Assembly (NCBI GenBank): GCA_964016885.1
Contig: OZ024741.1
Span: forward strand, 199,516,001 to 199,580,000
Direction of reading: 5' to 3'
Source of the DNA: Eledone cirrhosa
Lineage: Eukaryota
DNA length: 64,000 nucleotides
Both the position numbers and the translations under genes were made by a program. This document shows positions 1 to 64,000 of the stretch, in pieces; position 1 is the first letter of the stretch; every line of letters starts with the position of its first letter. The notes under the pieces are model-generated. The model saw only the letters and a program-made list of their open reading frames with translations, was not told the origin of the DNA and did not search any database.

Positions 1-121
1 CCGGCCAACAACTGATTCTTTTTTTCAAATACCACTGTGGAAGAAGAATCAGGATGGAAAAATTAAACTCTAGTGTTTAGAAAGTAGGTTCAATCCTTCC
101 TTACTAGCAGTTGATATCATG

Positions 122-122
122 T

Positions 123-210
<88 letters not shown>
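122..210. repeat. (CT)n microsatellite
   Basis: Near-perfect CT run. Confidence 0.95.
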
Positions 211-2324
211 GTCCTTTATAATAGGTTGTTTTGTTTGATAGAACCTGGGTCAGTTTGGGGCAGATTGATATCAGAAGAGTTAATCATTGTCACATGGATT
301 ATTTTTTAAATCATTGGAAATAATTATTTTGAATTTAGGCACAAAGCCAATAATTTGTGCAGAAGGAAAAGTTCATTCCATTGACCTCAGTATTTGACTG
401 GTACTTTATTTCATCAACCCCAGAAGAATGAAAGGAAAAGTTAACCTTGGTGAGTTTTGAACTCAGAATGTAAAAAACCAAAAGAAATAATGTCTGTTAG
501 TTTTTCGTTATGGCTCTTGTTCTGAATTGAACTGCCATGGTCAACTTTGCCTTTCACTTTTTAAAGATCAATAAGATAAAGTACCAGTCGTCCTGGAATC
601 TGAGATATAAACTGAATCATAATAGAAAACATAACTGTCTATTATTAGCAAGTTTTAGAAATACTATAAAAACACTTGATTAGATTGATTTAAAAAGAAT
701 GTGGGTAATATGTAAAATCTCAAGAGAGAGACATTAGAATACATAAATTATTGTTTGACTACAATCATACTGTTGAGAATTTCACTCAGTGGAACCTCTA
801 TTAAGATATAGGTCGGTCCTTCCAATATCGCAGATAGAAATAATTCAAGATAAAGAGTAGAGTAAAATCTCCTCTTACATTGAATAGTTATCATACCTTT
901 TTTCCTGAATTGTCTGACATTTAAACTACTGAATTACACTCATTTCTATGTAGTTTATGGAGACAAAAAATATATTGATTTTAATGTTCAATTATTATCA
1001 TCTGTACAGTAATGGCCCATTTATACCAGCTTCGTGGTCGACAGAAATAAAAAGAACTTAGAATGGATATCATGTATGGTAATTTCTTTTTAGCTGAAGT
1101 TTTATTTTGAGGGTTAAAAACAGACGTCATTTGATCTACTTCTTTTGGTTGAGAAAACAGCAATATTTGCTATTGAAATCTCAGTATTGATTCCACAGTA
1201 TTGGCCAATGATTGTATGAAGGAAAGAAATCTCAACCCTTCATACAGACTATTGATCTTGGATTCCTAGCTTTCGACTTTGGTGCTAGGAAAATTACCCA
1301 GTAAGATATACAAATAAACGGCACTGTTTCTGATAGAATCAGGAATCAGAGAGGAAAGCAAACCAATAAGAGGTGGATATTGATTTCTTCTACCCAACAC
1401 TACAAATGGTCAATATATTTCTGCTGTTGGTGTCATTATTGTTGTTGTAGTTGTTGTAACTACTGCTGATATTATTATTATTAATCTCTTTGAATTTAAA
1501 AGATCATATATATTAAAGGGAAAATGAAACGTTAAGTGGAATGAGAGGTGGGAATGTATAGAAAGCTGTTTTCACTTTTGTTTGTTTGGGGTCTAAAAAA
1601 GATCGGATTGATACCCTCTGTCTGATAAAATCTATTGATTCTTACATCAGAAAAAAATGAACTAGACTATTTTCGTAATCTTGTTTTTGTTACTGCACTG
1701 TTTGAAATTATGTTGTACAAGTGTACCATGAACACAGGTTCAATTCAGAATTGGGAAGTAATTCTTAAGTATGTTGACAGTTGCTTTTTTATCTGTATTT
1801 GTCACTTTATGACAAGTAGAATAATCGGCTGTTTTTTTATACAATTACTATTGTCTGCAAAGCTGAGTCTATAATGTATTAGATTTTAGAACTCAGACAA
1901 ATTTAATGCTATATTGTAGCTGAGATTTCAATTCACTTCTCAACAAAAATATACAGTCAATGATACAGACTGAAACTTTATTGTAGTAGGAAAACATAAC
2001 TATTGAAATTACTAACGAACAAGACTTCTACCTGGAAGGATTAAATTATTCAATTCTTCTTGATAAGAGTCTTCACTAATAAATACAGTAGCTATTCATT
2101 CAATGTTTATTGCAAGTTGTTGTTCAATAAATTATTTCAAAATTTGCTTTATTTTTAATCCATTGTATTTATTTCTTAGGAAAAATATTCATAGGTTTCA
2201 TGTGAAAAAAGCAAATAAGTTGAGGCATGGAATGTTTCAGATTTCAGATTTGATAACTTTATTTCTTACTTATTCAAATGACTTTTAAACTTTATATTGA
2301 ATCATGTTTCTTTTCATTCAACAG

Positions 2325-62756
<60,432 letters not shown>

Positions 62757-63949
62757 GTAAAAAACTCAACTTTGACCTCTTTTATTTATTTTTTTTTTTT
62801 TTCTGGCTTTCACTCCTTGAAATGTGACCATGCTTCTAGAGTTTTATTCAATTATATCAACCCCAGAACTTATTTATATCACTGTCTAGTCAGTGAGAGA
62901 AAGAGCAGCAACACCCACAACCACTTTTAGGGTGTCAAGGACTAGTTGAAAGGAGTGAGAAAGGTATCCTTAAACTGAAGACCTGGTCCAAATGGTTACA
63001 ACAGAGTGAACTCCATTAAAAGTATATATGGGCTAGTTGGTAGTGTTAAACTGGGTGACAGATTAAGTCTACCACCCAAGAACCAGGTGATAATATCAAA
63101 CTGGGTGGCAAATTAATTCTATGACCCAAGTAAAATGGAATGGGGTTTGAACAAATACCATAAGGCATTACGTTTGCTGCTCTAACAATTCCATTAATCC
63201 ACCATCCTAGACTGGTACTTTAAATTTAGCAATCTCAAAAGGATTAAAGGTAAAGATAGCTCTGGACAGATTTGAACTTAGAACACAGAAAGCCAGATCA
63301 AATACTGTATGGCATTTTCTTATATTCCCTAACAACTCTGCCAGTTTGCCACCTCATATAGTGTACATGTTTATCTCAATTACTTTATCAGCATATGTGA
63401 AACCAATACTAAGCCCTAAATGTTGCTGCTTATTCTATCAACACAAATCCATGTATCAAACTTGATTTTCATTTATTAAAATGTTTTTGATATAAATCAC
63501 TCCTGAAGTTAGATCATCTATCTGAGGTTATCAGTGAGGTGACGTTATGTTATGAGTGAGGTGTGTGTGGGTGTGTGTTAAAATAAGATAATACATAAAA
63601 ACATGAGGTAGTGCAGTAAAAATTGCATTTATTTAACTTCAAAATAATCATGGAACTAATCACAGTTGATGAAGTAAACAAGAAAGTTCACTGGAATAAA
63701 TGTTCAACTGTTACAGTTTATGTTGGAGTAGCATGTTATAATTGTGTACGTGTTGTGCAGAAAGTTCACAGAAGTCAATGTTCAAAAGCCTCTCTAGCTT
63801 TATGTACGCATGACATGTAGTAGACTATTTTTATTGAGTATCAATTGAAGATGGTTGCTTCTGACAGGGTGCTGGAAGGCATGCCTGAGGACTCTTCTCC
63901 CATGACCCTTCCAGAAATAGGTGGGAGAAGGAGGAGAAGAAGAAAGAAA

Positions 63950-64000
63950 TAATTGTTTCTACTTTAGGCACAAGGCCAGCAATTACCCAGTGCATTACTG
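63950..64000 (-). mobile_element. 3' end of a Meta-core SINE running off the window
   Basis: aattgtttctactttaggcacaaggccagcaattacccagtgcattactg is the reverse complement of 58467-58518. Confidence 0.8.

Noticed and set aside
1-2324. An additional upstream myosin exon
   Set aside because: The candidate acceptor I tested near 1198 ran into stops, and I saw no MyTH4-like peptide elsewhere; the preceding exon is probably outside the window.

Overview
This is AT-rich, intron-rich animal genomic DNA; the SINE/RTE repertoire and heavy (TA)/(CA) load suggest an octopus or other cephalopod (inference). The whole window lies inside one + strand gene. I traced 21 GT-AG exons by hand (2325-62756) that splice phase-consistently into 2898 nt / 966 aa with no stop codon. 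They encode a MyTH4-FERM-MyTH4-FERM myosin tail with no SH3 between the modules (class XXII-like, or a relative of myosin VII/XV). The start, motor and stop lie outside the window. Introns hold RTE LINEs (one family has a PHD finger inside the RT), CRE-, CR1-, Tx1- and R4-like relics, a mariner relic, tRNA/Meta-core SINEs, MITE-like elements and tandem repeats. The standout region is the 16.7-kb intron 3 (5747-22441), which holds four type I hammerhead motifs next to (TA)n tracts. Two sit in the ~1.2-1.3 kb inverted arms of a 5'-truncated Penelope-like RT/GIY-YIG element. One is a canonical GUC motif in a ~412-nt retrozyme-like unit, and one is a point-mutated motif from a third family. All coordinates and folds were read by eye; no database search was run.
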